A DNA stretch of 39,007 bases from a virus: IMG/VR virus record IMGVR_UViG_3300045988_170670, positions 1-39,007 of that record; one strand, 5' to 3'. How positions within the stretch are numbered: the first letter of the stretch is position 1; every line of letters starts with the position of its first letter. Both the position numbers and the translations under genes were made by a program. The notes below the pieces were generated by a model. The model saw only the letters and a list, made by a program, of their open reading frames with translations. It ran no database searches and was not told the origin of the DNA. This document shows positions 17,223-28,300 of this stretch, piece by piece.

Positions 17223-18921
17223 TGAAATAAATGAATATATAAAATTTGTTGAAGATAATCCGAATGAAACAGATGATGAAATTAAATTGTTAATTAAAAA
17301 TATTGTAAAGCCAACATTGTCGAGAGATGATGTTTTTTTTGACGAAGAAACTTTCAAAAAAGCAATATTATATTGTGAAAAATGGTATTACAAATTATTT
17401 CCTTATCAAAAATTTGCTTATGCTTTATTTTTTATGTATGACAAGAACAATTTGGATATAGTTATCTTTCCAGATATCTTAATATTAATGGCCAGAGGAA
17501 ATGGAAAAGATGGAATGATAATGCCATTAGCAAACTTTTTGCAGACTCATTATTATGGAATTAAGAATTATCACATTGATATTGTTGCAACATCAGAAGA
17601 ACAAGCTTTAAATTCATTTAATGTTGTTTACAACATGTTAGAAGACAACAAAAAAACAATGAGAAAATACTTCTATTGGAATAAGACAGAAATAATTAAT
17701 AAAACAACTCATTCTACATTAAGATACAACACGGCAAATGCTAAAACAAAAGATGGTAAGCAAACAGGAATGATTATATTTAACGAATATCATGCGTATG
17801 AAGATTATAAACAAATTAATGTATATAGCTCTGGATTAGGAAAAATTAAACATGCAAGAACCGTTACAATTACAACAAATGGACAGGTAAGGGAAGGCCC
17901 ACTTGATGAAAAAATAGCTTTAGCAAACAATGTATTGAATGGTGAACAAAATTTTTTAGGATTATTACCAATTATATATAAAATACAGGACAAAAAAACA
18001 GTTGATGAACCAATGAAGAAATTTTTAGAAACTGGACAGAAAGAAGACATAGATATAACTGCTTGGGTTCAGGCTAATCCTAGTTTGAGATTTATGCCTA
18101 TTTTAGAAAATGAAATTATTAAAGATTATTTGAAAATGCAAAAGCAAAAATCATACAGAGTAGAATTTTATGCGAAAAGGATGAATTTGCCACAACAAGA
18201 TAATGAAGAAACTGTTGTTGAGTGGGAGCTAATTTTGAAAGCATCTTATATTGATGAGGAAAAAGAAATTGAAAGACCAACAGGAGAAATAAAAGGAAGA
18301 ACAGCAATAGTAGGAATTGACTTTGCATCATTAAATGACTTTGCAAGTGCAGGTTTTCTGTTTAAAAGAGATGGAGAATATATTTGGAGGCAAAGAACTT
18401 GGATTTGTTCTAAAAATAAATTCTATAATGATATTAAATTTCCTTTTCAAAATATTGGACAAGATGGATTTAATGATTTTGAAATAACAAACAAAGAAAG
18501 TATAGACGCAAGAGAAATGATAATGTGGATTCTATCAGAAATGAGTAAATATAATGTTAAAAAAATTGTATTAGATACATATAGATATAAATTATTAGAA
18601 CAAATTTTTAAAGAAATGGGAGTATCAGTTGAAACAAAAGATAATCCTTATGGATTGGTAAGAATGATAAGATATCCTGCAAGTATTGCAGCAATAGTTG
18701 CTCCCCGCATTGAAGTTGCATTTGCAGAAGGTAAAGTAAATATAGGAAATAGCTCAATTATGAGATGGGCAATAAATAATACTTGTGTAAAAACAGGAAA
18801 AGATGGAAACAAAAAATATGAAAAAATAGAGCCAAAATTAAGGAAGAATGATCCTTTTATGGCTTTTGTAGCAGCAATGAGTGTTCAGGAACTTTTAGAT
18901 GAAGAAATTATTTATGTTTAG
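17200..18921 (+). CDS. Terminase large subunit
   Basis: MARGNGKDGMIMPLANFLQTHYYG...EYHAYEDYKQINVYSSGLGK...IVGIDFASLNDFASAGFLF. Confidence 0.95.
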   Translation: MEEMIYCNEINEYIKFVEDNPNETDDEIKLLIKNIVKPTLSRDDVFFDEETFKKAILYCEKWYYKLFPYQKFAYALFFMYDKNNLDIVIFPDILILMARGNGKDGMIMPLANFLQTHYYGIKNYHIDIVATSEEQALNSFNVVYNMLEDNKKTMRKYFYWNKTEIINKTTHSTLRYNTANAKTKDGKQTGMIIFNEYHAYEDYKQINVYSSGLGKIKHARTVTITTNGQVREGPLDEKIALANNVLNGEQNFLGLLPIIYKIQDKKTVDEPMKKFLETGQKEDIDITAWVQANPSLRFMPILENEIIKDYLKMQKQKSYRVEFYAKRMNLPQQDNEETVVEWELILKASYIDEEKEIERPTGEIKGRTAIVGIDFASLNDFASAGFLFKRDGEYIWRQRTWICSKNKFYNDIKFPFQNIGQDGFNDFEITNKESIDAREMIMWILSEMSKYNVKKIVLDTYRYKLLEQIFKEMGVSVETKDNPYGLVRMIRYPASIAAIVAPRIEVAFAEGKVNIGNSSIMRWAINNTCVKTGKDGNKKYEKIEPKLRKNDPFMAFVAAMSVQELLDEEIIYV

Positions 18922-18932
18922 GTGGTGAAGTA

Positions 18933-20108
18933 ATGTTTCTAGATAAAATATTTAAGAATGACAAAGGAGAATATGTAAATATATTAGAAGTACTGTTTGG
19001 AAAAAACGATTTAGAAAATTATATATATACAATAGCAGAGGCTCATGCAATAGATTTAATAGCAAGCACTATTGCTAAAACAGAAATACAAACTTTTGAA
19101 ATGAAAAAAAATAAAATTGAAGAAAACAGAGGGAATTTGTATTGGACATTAAATATACAGCCTAATTTTAATGAAAATGGAACGAGTTTTTTATATAAAT
19201 TAGTTTGTAAATTGTTAATTAATGGTTCAGCACTTGTTTTAATAAATGGCTCTAACAATGAGTATTTATATGTTGCAGATGAATTTAACATTAGCGATAA
19301 AGTTTTAAAAGAAAAAGTATTTACAGACATAATGATATCAGATGCAGAAGGAAATTCTATAAGTGCTACAAAGAAATACACAACAGATAATACTATTTAT
19401 TTTTGCTTAAATAATAATTTGCTAAAAACAGCAGGTGAAGATTTTAAACGAAATACAGGAAAAATACTGAAAGCAGCACAAGGCAGCTTTATAAAAGCAA
19501 ATACAGGAAAATGGAAACTGAAAAAACCTGGTGGACAACCAATGTTAATGGATGCAGAAACTGGACAACAATTAGATTTGAAAGATTATAAAGAAAGAAT
19601 AACAGATGGATTATTTAAAGAAGATGATGCAGTGGTATTGCTATCTGAAATGTTCGATTTAACAAATCTGAATGAAAACAACCAGAAAAATCTAACGGAT
19701 TTTGAAAATACATTTTTGAGAATAAGCAAAACAGTAGCTCAAAAATGGAAAATTCCATTAGATGTTTTTTTTGGCGATTTTACAGACAAATCAAATGGCT
19801 TGAATAATTTTATAACTTTTGCAGTGGATTTGTATTATGAACTAATAGAGGACGGTTTCAACATATCTCTCGTAGGAAAACAAAGTTATTTAAAAGGTGA
19901 ATATGTAAAATTTGACAGAAGTACAATTTCTCATAGAGATGTTTTAGATTGCGGAACTGGCATTGATAAACTGACAGCAAATAAATTTAGCAGAAATGAA
20001 ATAAATAAGTTTTTAAGATTACCTTACATAGATGAGGATTGGGCAAATGAACACGCCCTTACAAAAAATTATGAAAATGTGAAGGGAGGTGCAGGAAGTG
20101 AAGAATAA
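18933..20108 (+). CDS. HK97-family portal protein
   Basis: Position and SKTVAQKWKIPLDVFFGDFTDKSNGLNNFITFAVDLYYELIEDGF...FSRNEINKFLRLPY. Confidence 0.85.
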   Translation: MFLDKIFKNDKGEYVNILEVLFGKNDLENYIYTIAEAHAIDLIASTIAKTEIQTFEMKKNKIEENRGNLYWTLNIQPNFNENGTSFLYKLVCKLLINGSALVLINGSNNEYLYVADEFNISDKVLKEKVFTDIMISDAEGNSISATKKYTTDNTIYFCLNNNLLKTAGEDFKRNTGKILKAAQGSFIKANTGKWKLKKPGGQPMLMDAETGQQLDLKDYKERITDGLFKEDDAVVLLSEMFDLTNLNENNQKNLTDFENTFLRISKTVAQKWKIPLDVFFGDFTDKSNGLNNFITFAVDLYYELIEDGFNISLVGKQSYLKGEYVKFDRSTISHRDVLDCGTGIDKLTANKFSRNEINKFLRLPYIDEDWANEHALTKNYENVKGGAGSEE

Positions 20109-20898
20109 ATTTTACAGTTTTGAAAAAGAAAGCGAGAATAGTGCAAATGTTTATATTTATGGAGATATAACATCTTATGAATGGTTTGAAAATGATGTTT
20201 CGGCTTGGGGCTTTAAAAAAGAACTTGAGGAACTGGGAGAAATCTCAGAATTAAATGTTCATATAAATTCTTGTGGAGGGGAAACATTTCAAGCTTTAGC
20301 AATTTATAATTTATTAAAGAGCTTAAAATCACAAATTAATGTATATATAGATGGAATTGCTGCTTCATCAGCATCTATTATTGCTATGGCTGGAAATAAA
20401 GTATATATGCCAAAAACATCATTAATGATGATACATAATTGCTGGACTTGTGTTCTAGGGAATGCAGAGGAATTAAGAAAAACTGCAGATGATATGGACA
20501 AAGTTAAAGAGGCTTATAAAGCAGCATATTTGTCTAAAATTAAAATTACAGAAGAAGAACTAGAAAAATTATTGTCTGATGAAACTTATTTGACAGCCCA
20601 AGAATGTTTAGATAAGGGATTTGCAGATGAATTAATAGAAACAGAAGAAGATAATACCATTAATCAATATGCTAATAAGGCTATATTCAATCTTGTTAAT
20701 AAAATAAAGAAACAAGATAAAAAACAAAAAGTTGAACTTAATGAAGAAACAATAAAAGAAATATCAGAAAATGTTGCTAATAGCATAGTTCAAAGCCTAA
20801 CTAAAGAAGGCGAAAAAACTAAAGAGCTATTAGATACACATCAAGAAAAACCGATTAAAGAAGATGCATGGGCATCTTTTTTTAATACAAAAAATTAA
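20089..20898 (+). CDS. ClpP-like prohead protease
   Basis: YIYGDITSYEW...NVHINSCGGETFQALAIYNLLKS...DGIAASSASIIAMAGNKVYMPKTSLMMIHNC. Confidence 0.93.
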   Translation: MQEVKNKFYSFEKESENSANVYIYGDITSYEWFENDVSAWGFKKELEELGEISELNVHINSCGGETFQALAIYNLLKSLKSQINVYIDGIAASSASIIAMAGNKVYMPKTSLMMIHNCWTCVLGNAEELRKTADDMDKVKEAYKAAYLSKIKITEEELEKLLSDETYLTAQECLDKGFADELIETEEDNTINQYANKAIFNLVNKIKKQDKKQKVELNEETIKEISENVANSIVQSLTKEGEKTKELLDTHQEKPIKEDAWASFFNTKN

Positions 20899-20918
20899 AA
20901 AAAGGTAGGTAAAAAATT

Positions 20919-22097
20919 ATGAAAATTAATGAAACAAAAATGAAACAAGCTAGAGAAGATGCTTTAAAAATTCTTCAAGAAACAGAGGACAAATCACAAG
21001 CAGTTATTGAAGCTATGGACAAAATTGTGTCAGTTCAATATGAAGATTTAATATCAGAAATTCAAGAACAAGCAAACAAAGCAGAAAGTGATGCTAATTA
21101 TGCAAAAACATTAGGCTTAAGAAAATTATCAAAAGAAGAAAAAGATTTTTATACAGCTTTAAAAGATGTAAAACAAGCAATAACAGCTAATCAAATTGAT
21201 ATACTTCCAACTTCAATTATTGATGTGACAATGGAAGACGTTAAAAAAGATAGCGGAATACTATCAGACGTAAACTTTACTCCAGCAGATGTTAAAAAAT
21301 GGATCGTAGCAGAAAAAAGTGGTACTTATGCATGGGGTGCATTAACTGACAGCATTACTGGAGAATTAAGTGCAGAGTTTGAAACATTAAATATGGATGT
21401 AAATAAACTTTCAGTTTATTTAGTAATACCAAAAGGAATCAGCGACTTATCGTTGCCATTTGTAGATAAATATTTTACAGCTATACTAAAAGAAGCTTTA
21501 AATGATGGATTAGAATATGGATATTTACAAGGAAATGGGGTTAAACAACCTATAGGAATTTATAAACAAATTTCTGCAGCAAATTCAGATAAAACACAAA
21601 AAGATAAAACAGTTAATACAACATTAACTAACTTTACTCCAAAGGGACTAGCAGCTGCAAAAAAATACTTATCAAGAAATGGTAAAAGGACATTTGATAA
21701 ATTAGTTTTAATTTGTCATCCAAATGATGAAGCAGATTATGTTGCACCTGCAATATATGATGCTGAAGGAAGAATGATAAGCTCATACAAAAACCTTGTT
21801 GTTAAAAGCTCTGCTAATAATCCAGAAGGAAAAGCAGCTTTAGTAATTCCTAAAAAATATACAATGGGATTATCAAACTTTGGAATAAAAAATTATGAAG
21901 AAGTAAAAGCACTAGATGATGCTGATGTTGTTATAGGAAAAGGATATGCAAATGGTAGGGCAACAGATGATAACACAGCTTTCGTTTTTGATGTAACAAA
22001 ATTAGAGGAATATGTTGCTCCTGTAAAAGTTATTGGAACTGTAGAAACAAGTGTAAAGGGAACAGTAACAACAAATACTGAAACAGCAGGAGCTTAG
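20919..22097 (+). CDS. HK97-type major capsid protein
   Basis: KLSVYLVIPKGISDLSLPFVDKYFTAILKEALNDGLEYGYLQGNGVKQPIGIYK; after protease. Confidence 0.92.
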   Translation: MKINETKMKQAREDALKILQETEDKSQAVIEAMDKIVSVQYEDLISEIQEQANKAESDANYAKTLGLRKLSKEEKDFYTALKDVKQAITANQIDILPTSIIDVTMEDVKKDSGILSDVNFTPADVKKWIVAEKSGTYAWGALTDSITGELSAEFETLNMDVNKLSVYLVIPKGISDLSLPFVDKYFTAILKEALNDGLEYGYLQGNGVKQPIGIYKQISAANSDKTQKDKTVNTTLTNFTPKGLAAAKKYLSRNGKRTFDKLVLICHPNDEADYVAPAIYDAEGRMISSYKNLVVKSSANNPEGKAALVIPKKYTMGLSNFGIKNYEEVKALDDADVVIGKGYANGRATDDNTAFVFDVTKLEEYVAPVKVIGTVETSVKGTVTTNTETAGA

Positions 22098-22134
22098 ATA
22101 TAAGCTCCTGAATATAAATAGGAGGAATTAAAAA

Positions 22135-22341
22135 ATGGCTTACAAAGTAATTGAGAAATTTAAAGATCTAAAAGACAATGACCATATTTATGAGGTGAAT
22201 GACATTTATCCTAGAGAAGATATTAAACTTGAAGACATACCTCAAAAAAGAATTAAAGAATTGACAACTAAGAAAAATAAAATAGGCAAAATTCTAATTG
22301 AAGAAATTGAAGAGGAATCTGCTAAAAAAATAGAAGAATAG
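22135..22341 (+). CDS. Small hypothetical structural-module protein
   Basis: MAYKVIEKFKDLKDNDHIYEVNDIYPRE. Confidence 0.6.
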   Translation: MAYKVIEKFKDLKDNDHIYEVNDIYPREDIKLEDIPQKRIKELTTKKNKIGKILIEEIEEESAKKIEE

Positions 22342-22352
22342 AGAGGTGTATA

Positions 22353-22640
22353 ATGAACAATACACAAATTGAAAAATTAATTGAGGAAATTAGATTAGAG
22401 CAACATGTTTCGCCAAATGAAGAAGATGAGGTTATAGAAAAGCTAATAAAAGAAGCTGAATTTGATATTAATAGCAAATCTGGAGCTAAAATTGATTATG
22501 ATGCAGACTTAACAGCAAGAGGCTTGTTAAAGAATTATGCAATGTACAGAAGATTTGGCAGAATTGCTGAATTTAAACAGTTATACGCAGGAGATTATGC
22601 TGACTTACAAGCAAAATATTACAAGCCTTCCGACATATAA
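22353..22640 (+). CDS. Head-tail connector protein
   Basis: Position; DYDADLTARGLLKNYAMYRRFGRIAEFKQLYAGDYADLQAKYY. Confidence 0.65.
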   Translation: MNNTQIEKLIEEIRLEQHVSPNEEDEVIEKLIKEAEFDINSKSGAKIDYDADLTARGLLKNYAMYRRFGRIAEFKQLYAGDYADLQAKYYKPSDI

Positions 22641-22968
22641 TGATGGAAAACTTAAGCTTTTTGCTATAAAACAAACCCAAAATACTTATCCTGTTGAATA
22701 TTTAAAAAATATGAAAAAGGAAGTATGGTTTGAAGAATTATCAATATCAGACAAACTTCGTTTTGAAAGCGAAGAAAGAAAAAGAAAGCTCTCTTTAAAA
22801 ATTAGAATACCTCAAATGAAAGAAATAACCTCTTTAAATGTTGTAAAAATAGGCAATGAATATCACAAAGTGTTTAATGCCTATCACTTTACTAATAATG
22901 ATGGATTTAAGCAGACAGATTTAACTCTTGAGGAATATCCAAGAGTAAAATTGGAGGAAGATTTATGA
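22597..22968 (+). CDS. Head closure/joining protein
   Basis: Internal ATG with GGAG RBS; MLTYKQNITSLPTYNDGKLKLFAIKQ...FNAYHFTNNDGFKQTDLTLEEY. Confidence 0.7.
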   Translation: MLTYKQNITSLPTYNDGKLKLFAIKQTQNTYPVEYLKNMKKEVWFEELSISDKLRFESEERKRKLSLKIRIPQMKEITSLNVVKIGNEYHKVFNAYHFTNNDGFKQTDLTLEEYPRVKLEEDL

Positions 22969-23294
22969 CAAAAAAAGAATTAGTTGAATTACTAGAAAAG
23001 TTAAAGATACCTATAAAAGAAGGAACGCCGACTGATGAAATTATGGAAGACGAAGTTAGAGTTTGTTTTTGGGATTATTATTGGGAAGACCAAACAGCAA
23101 GTGGAAAAGATTATAACACTGTAGTTACTTATCAGATTTCTATAATAGCTGACAGACCAAGACATACGAAACTTTTGGAACTAAAACATTTATTGAATGA
23201 TATAGAGCTATTTCCTGCGATACAACACGAATATGATCCAGAAACAAGGCGTTGGCATTCATTTTTCTCACTAGAGGTATTAGAAAATGTCTAA
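22965..23294 (+). CDS. Head-tail/tail completion protein
   Basis: Position; small protein with ...TYQISIIADRPRHTKLLELKHLLND. Confidence 0.55.
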   Translation: MTKKELVELLEKLKIPIKEGTPTDEIMEDEVRVCFWDYYWEDQTASGKDYNTVVTYQISIIADRPRHTKLLELKHLLNDIELFPAIQHEYDPETRRWHSFFSLEVLENV

Positions 23295-23658
23295 TGAAGT
23301 TTACGGATATAGTGGATTTGAGGCAATGTCTGAAATTTTGGAAAAATATATAGATGGTGCAGACAATGCAGTAGATGTATTAGAGACAGGTGCTAAAGAA
23401 TTTGTTGGTGATTTGTTAAAACTTCCTAAACCAATTTCAAAAATTAGGAAATCAGGCTACACACACTTAATTAAGTGCTTTGCATATAAAAAGAAAAACA
23501 AAGAAGTAGAGGCAGGATGGGGCAAATATTATGGCCCAATGCTTGAGCATGGAACTGTAAAAATGAATGCTCAAGAACATCTATACCCAGTATGGGATAG
23601 AAATAAAGAAAAGTATTATAAAAAAATGCTTACCAAGTTAGGAATAAAAACTTGGTAA
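23287..23658 (+). CDS. HK97 gp10-like tail component
   Basis: GYSGFEAMSEILEKY...KKKNKEVEAGWGKYYGPMLEHGTVKMNAQEHLYPVWDRNKEKYYKKM. Confidence 0.75.
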   Translation: MSNEVYGYSGFEAMSEILEKYIDGADNAVDVLETGAKEFVGDLLKLPKPISKIRKSGYTHLIKCFAYKKKNKEVEAGWGKYYGPMLEHGTVKMNAQEHLYPVWDRNKEKYYKKMLTKLGIKTW

Positions 23659-23684
23659 TTTTTTATTAAAAGGAGGATTTTAAA

Positions 23685-24314
23685 ATGGCAATTAATACAA
23701 AAAAACCTATGGTAAAAGAAACAGTAGGTGCATTATACTATGCATTCAATACACCAGATGCTTCTGGCAATTTCACAACAACATATGAAGAAAATGTTAC
23801 AAAAAGCAATGTAGTAAAAAATATAGGAACTACAGAAAACTCTGAGGTAGCTGTGGTTAGAGCTTCAGGACAAGACTATACAACTGTAAATCAAAACGAA
23901 AGTATAGAGATGGCAGTAGAAGTAGTTGCTTTTGACCCAGAAGATTTAGCAAAAATGAGAGGAGATGTTATAGGTACAGCAGGATTAAACCGTTCTGGAA
24001 GAACAGCCACAAGACCTTTCTTTGCATTTGGAAAAGTTGTAAAAAAGCTAGAAGGAAAATTTGAATTAGCTTGGTACCCTAAATGCCAATTAGTAGAAAA
24101 TACAGATGATATCGCAACAAAAGAAGAGAGCTTTTCAGAGCAAAATGATACAGTAACTATAAAAGCTTATGCATATAATGACTTAGGAGATAAAAAAACA
24201 TATGTAAACAATGAAATGTCAAAATTCCCAAAAGGATTAACAGAAGAACTATTCTTTGCAAAGCCAATTTTAGATGATGCAGGACTAGCTGCAGCAATTA
24301 CACCAGGAACTTAG
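23685..24314 (+). CDS. Major tail (tube) protein
   Basis: VGALYYAFNTPDASGNFTTTYEENVTKSNVVKNIG...RPFFAFGKVVKKLEGKFELAWYPKCQL. Confidence 0.85.
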   Translation: MAINTKKPMVKETVGALYYAFNTPDASGNFTTTYEENVTKSNVVKNIGTTENSEVAVVRASGQDYTTVNQNESIEMAVEVVAFDPEDLAKMRGDVIGTAGLNRSGRTATRPFFAFGKVVKKLEGKFELAWYPKCQLVENTDDIATKEESFSEQNDTVTIKAYAYNDLGDKKTYVNNEMSKFPKGLTEELFFAKPILDDAGLAAAITPGT

Positions 24315-24387
24315 AAAAAAGTTGGGCTCTAGAATTGATTTAGAGCCCTTTTTATAAGGAAATAATACAAAGATATGAGGTAATAAT

Positions 24388-24726
24388 ATGGAAATAGAAT
24401 TAAAAAATGGAGAAAAGATAATTTTAGAGGTGACATCACTTTTTTTAGAATATATTGAAGATTATGAAGGCGGACTAGAACAATTAAAAAAAGATGCAGA
24501 AGGACAAAAAGATAAAAACGGATATACAAAAACAATGTATGCAACTAACCAAATTTTATATGCTATAATAGCATCAAATTATGATGAGCCTTTAACATAT
24601 AGACAAGCGGTGCGACTTGTAAAATTAGAAGATATTGAATCAATTGTTAATTTTGTAATAAGTAATACACCAGATATAAAAAAAGGTAATACTATAAATA
24701 TGAACAACTCAAAACACAGAATGTAG
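24388..24726 (+). CDS. Tail assembly chaperone (gpG-like)
   Basis: Position between tube and tape measure; LKNGEKIILEVTSLFLEYIEDYEGGLEQLKK. Confidence 0.7.
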   Translation: MEIELKNGEKIILEVTSLFLEYIEDYEGGLEQLKKDAEGQKDKNGYTKTMYATNQILYAIIASNYDEPLTYRQAVRLVKLEDIESIVNFVISNTPDIKKGNTINMNNSKHRM

Positions 24727-24757
24727 AAAAATGTAAAAATATGTCGAATTGTTTTTC

Positions 24758-24786
24758 TTGCAATATATTGCTGAAGAATGTAAAAT
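24758..24786 (+). promoter_or_regulatory. Candidate moron promoter TTGCAA-17-TAAAAT
   Basis: TTGCAA 24758-24763, TAAAAT 24781-24786, directly upstream of the 24801/24810 ORF. Confidence 0.45.
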
Positions 24787-24809
24787 TATTGTAAGAAAGG
24801 GTGATTTTC

Positions 24810-25232
24810 ATGAATTGTAAAATATGTAAAAATCCTAACATGAAATGTATTATAAAAAAATGGTGGTTTTGGTTAATTATAATATTAATATTATTTTGCA
24901 TAAGTGCAATAGTATTAATAACAAATAAAACTAATGGAGTTGGAAGCGCAGGAATAAATAATGATGAGTATAATCAAATACAATTAGGCATGTCACAGTT
25001 CGAAGTGGATGGAATAATAGATAAATTGGATGAATGGAACAATGATGAAATATACAAAAGATGTTGTGAAGAAATAAGTAATCTAAAAAAAGAACATGTA
25101 TATACTTGCGAATATAAATATTATGGAGAAAAAAATGGTTATGCAATAATAACTTATGAAGTAGATTATAGCGATGGCATTTATTTTAAAATTCCAGAAG
25201 TAGTAAAAAAAGAAAAGTTTAATTTAAAATAA
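24810..25232 (+). CDS. Membrane-anchored hypothetical protein, probable moron
   Basis: MNCKICKNPNMKCIIKKWWFWLIIILILFCISAIVLITN then a soluble domain; flanked by its own promoter-like and terminator sequences. Confidence 0.65.
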   Translation: MNCKICKNPNMKCIIKKWWFWLIIILILFCISAIVLITNKTNGVGSAGINNDEYNQIQLGMSQFEVDGIIDKLDEWNNDEIYKRCCEEISNLKKEHVYTCEYKYYGEKNGYAIITYEVDYSDGIYFKIPEVVKKEKFNLK

Positions 25233-25287
25233 AACACTTGCAAATACAGGTGTTTTTTTAGCATCAGATTTACTCTGGTGCTTTTAT
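25231..25287 (+). terminator. Two consecutive hairpins downstream of the moron ORF
   Basis: AAAACACTTG-caaata-CAGGTGTTTTTTT and GCATCAGA-tttac-TCTGGTGCTTTT. Confidence 0.65.
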
Positions 25288-25313
25288 TATGCCTAAAAAA
25301 GAGGTGAAATAAA

Positions 25314-28300
25314 GTGGGAAGTAATGATTTAAAAAGAGTAGGACTTATATTTACAGAAGAGGGAGCAAAAGATTTTAAGAAAACTCTTCAAGATATAAAT
25401 ATAGAAATGAATAAGAATTATAATCAATTTAAGCTAACACAATCACAATGGGATAATTCTACTAAATCAACAGAGAAATTAAAAGCACAACAAGAATATT
25501 TAACTAATGCTTATGAGATTCAGTCAGATAAAGTAAATGTTTTAAAAATGCAATTAGCTGATTTAGAAAACGCAGAAAATAAAAATACAACAGCTATAAA
25601 AAAGAAACAAAATGAATTAACTAATGCAGAAATTAAACTAAAAAATTATGAGAGTAAATTAAAAGATGTTCAAACACAACTTACAAATACAGGTAAAAAA
25701 CTTGAAGAATGGGGAGAAAAAGTTGAAAAATCAGGAAAGAAAATAGAAAACGCAGGCAAGAAGTTGTCTGCGTTTTCTGCTGCAAGTATATCAGCCTTAA
25801 CTTTAAGTGCTAAGAGTGCAATAGATTTTGAAGATGCTTTTGCAGGAGTAGAAAAGACAGTTGATGGAACGAAAGAACAGATGGAAGAGTTAAAACAGGG
25901 CATTAGGGACATGGCAAAAGAAATACCTTCTTCTACAACAGAAATATCAGCAGTAGCAGAAGCGGCAGGACAGTTAGGAATAAAAACTGAAGATATTTTA
26001 TCATTTACAAGAGTAATGATAGATTTAGGAAATTCTACTAATTTATCAGCTGAAGAAGCAGCATCATCTTTAGCAAAATTTGCAAACATAACAAAAATGT
26101 CTGCAAAAGATTATGACAAGTTAGGCTCAACTGTTGTTGATTTAGGTAACAATTTTGCTACAACAGAAGCGGATATAGTGGCTATGGCACAAAATTTAGC
26201 TTCGGCAGGTACACAGGTAGGAATGTCGCAGTCAGATATTTTAGCTTTATCAACAGCTTTAAGTTCTGTAGGATTAGAGGCGCAAGCAGGAGGAACGGCT
26301 TTTAGCAAGGCATTAATTAATATGCAATTAGCTGTTGAAACAAATAGTAAAAGCTTAAAAGACTGGGCAGCTGTTGCAGGAATGAGTGCTAAAGATTTTT
26401 CAAAATTATTTAAAGAAGATGCTACAAAAGCATTGCAGGCATTTATAGAAGGACTTTCAAAGTGTGGAGGAGAAACAGAATCAGCAATAAAAGTTTTGGA
26501 TGATATGGGAATTACTGAAACAAGAATGAGAGATGCTTTATTAAGATCTGCAAATGCTAGTGAAATTTTCACAAGTGCAATCGAAACAGGAAGCAAAGCT
26601 TGGGAAGATAATACAGCATTAACAAATGAAGCAAATAAAAGATATGATACTCTAAAAAGCAAAATAAAAATAGCAGTTAATAAATTAAAAGATATGGCTA
26701 TTACTCTCGGAAACAAACTAATGCCAAGTATTGAAAAAGTAATAGAAGGACTTGGAAAATGGATTGATAAGTTTAGCAAATTATCAGATAAGCAAGTAGA
26801 TATGATAGTAAAAATAGGACTTATTGTTGCGGCAATAGGACCTTTAGTTACGATAATTGGAAAAGTAACATCAGTAATAGGTGGAACAATAAAAGGAATA
26901 GGAACTTTTACTCAAGCAATAGGAGTAGCAAGAGGCAAAATAACATCTACATCTGAAGCAGTTAATGGATTGGCAAAAGTGTTTACTGTAGTAACGAGCC
27001 CAGTGGGATTAGCATGTACAGCAATAGGATTAGCTGTTGCGGGAATTGCTATTGCTGTTAACGAAAGTCAAAAGAAAACTAAGGAAGCTTTCGAAAATAT
27101 GAGCGAAGGGGTATCAGATTTTTATAATGGTTTAAAGAGTGCGGAGGGATATTTAGACAGTTTTAATACAACGATGTTTGCAACTAATGAAGAACAACAA
27201 AAATTACAAACGCAAATGGATGAAGTACAAAAAGGAATAACTGATATTTGCAAAACTGCATCAGATGAACGTAGAGGGTATACACAAGAAGAAATAACTC
27301 AATTAGATGAATATTTTAAAAAATTGAGAGAGCTAAAGGACAGAGAGATACAAATTCAGCAACAAATTGCAGGAGCTATAACTCAACAAGCAGTAACAAA
27401 TGCAGAAACTTTTCAAGGCAGTTTAGATGAGTATAAAGTACAATCACAAGAATGGATTGCAACAGCACAAAAACAGTCAGAACAAACAAAACAACTTATA
27501 GAACAAGGAACAATAGAAGAAGTTGCTTTATTAAATCAAAGATATGGAGAACAAGCAACAATGCAAAATGAGGCTTATGCTACTGAATATAATAATATAA
27601 TGACACAAAAACAAGCAAAAATAGATGCAGCAAATACAGAAGTAGCAGAAGTATTAGAAACATATACAAAAGGATATGCTGAAAGAGCAAATCAAGATGG
27701 AGCCTTTGCTGAGCATGTTAAACATTATAATTGGGAACAAGAAGAAGAAAATAAAAGATATGCAAAAGAATTGGATGAAATAAATAATAATATTATGATA
27801 TCCGAAGAGGCAAAGCAACAGCAGAGGGGTGTTGCACTTTCTAGGCATAACGAAAAGATAAAACTAATATGGAATAATATGTATAAAAATATGTCTGAAA
27901 GTGAAGCAGAGCAACTAGGCACTTGGATTGGGATGTTGGCAAATACTGAAATGTATGGAGGAGAAATATCCGAAGAAAATCAACATATGGTAGACGCGAT
28001 ACTTGCTAGTTACGACAGTATGCCAAAGAAAACACGTAATGCAATGAAAAATGCAATGTCACCAATGCTAGAAGAAATGAGAAATTCGGAGCCTACATTA
28101 TATTCGAAGGCATCAGGCATAGCAAGAGGAATCTTGTCAAGATTAAAAAAAGCCTTTGATATACATTCTCCATCTCGAAAAACAAGAGAAATATTTAAAA
28201 ATGTAATGAAACGGAATGGAAAAAGGAATTGAAGCAGAAGAAGATAGTTTATATAAGCAAACAGATAAGGTTGCTGAAAATGTATTAAATTCACTAGATG

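Noticed and set aside
22537-22968. Apparent frame break between 22353-22640 and 22537-22968
   Set aside because: An internal ATG at 22597 with a GGAG RBS gives a normal overlapping gene start (MLTYKQNITSLPTYNDGK); no CGG and no shift needed.
25670-27922. Long minus-strand ORFs inside the tape measure gene (25670-26089, 26111-26779, 27654-27922)
   Set aside because: Low-complexity antisense translations of a Ser/Lys-rich gene with no RBS; the sense ORF is well supported.
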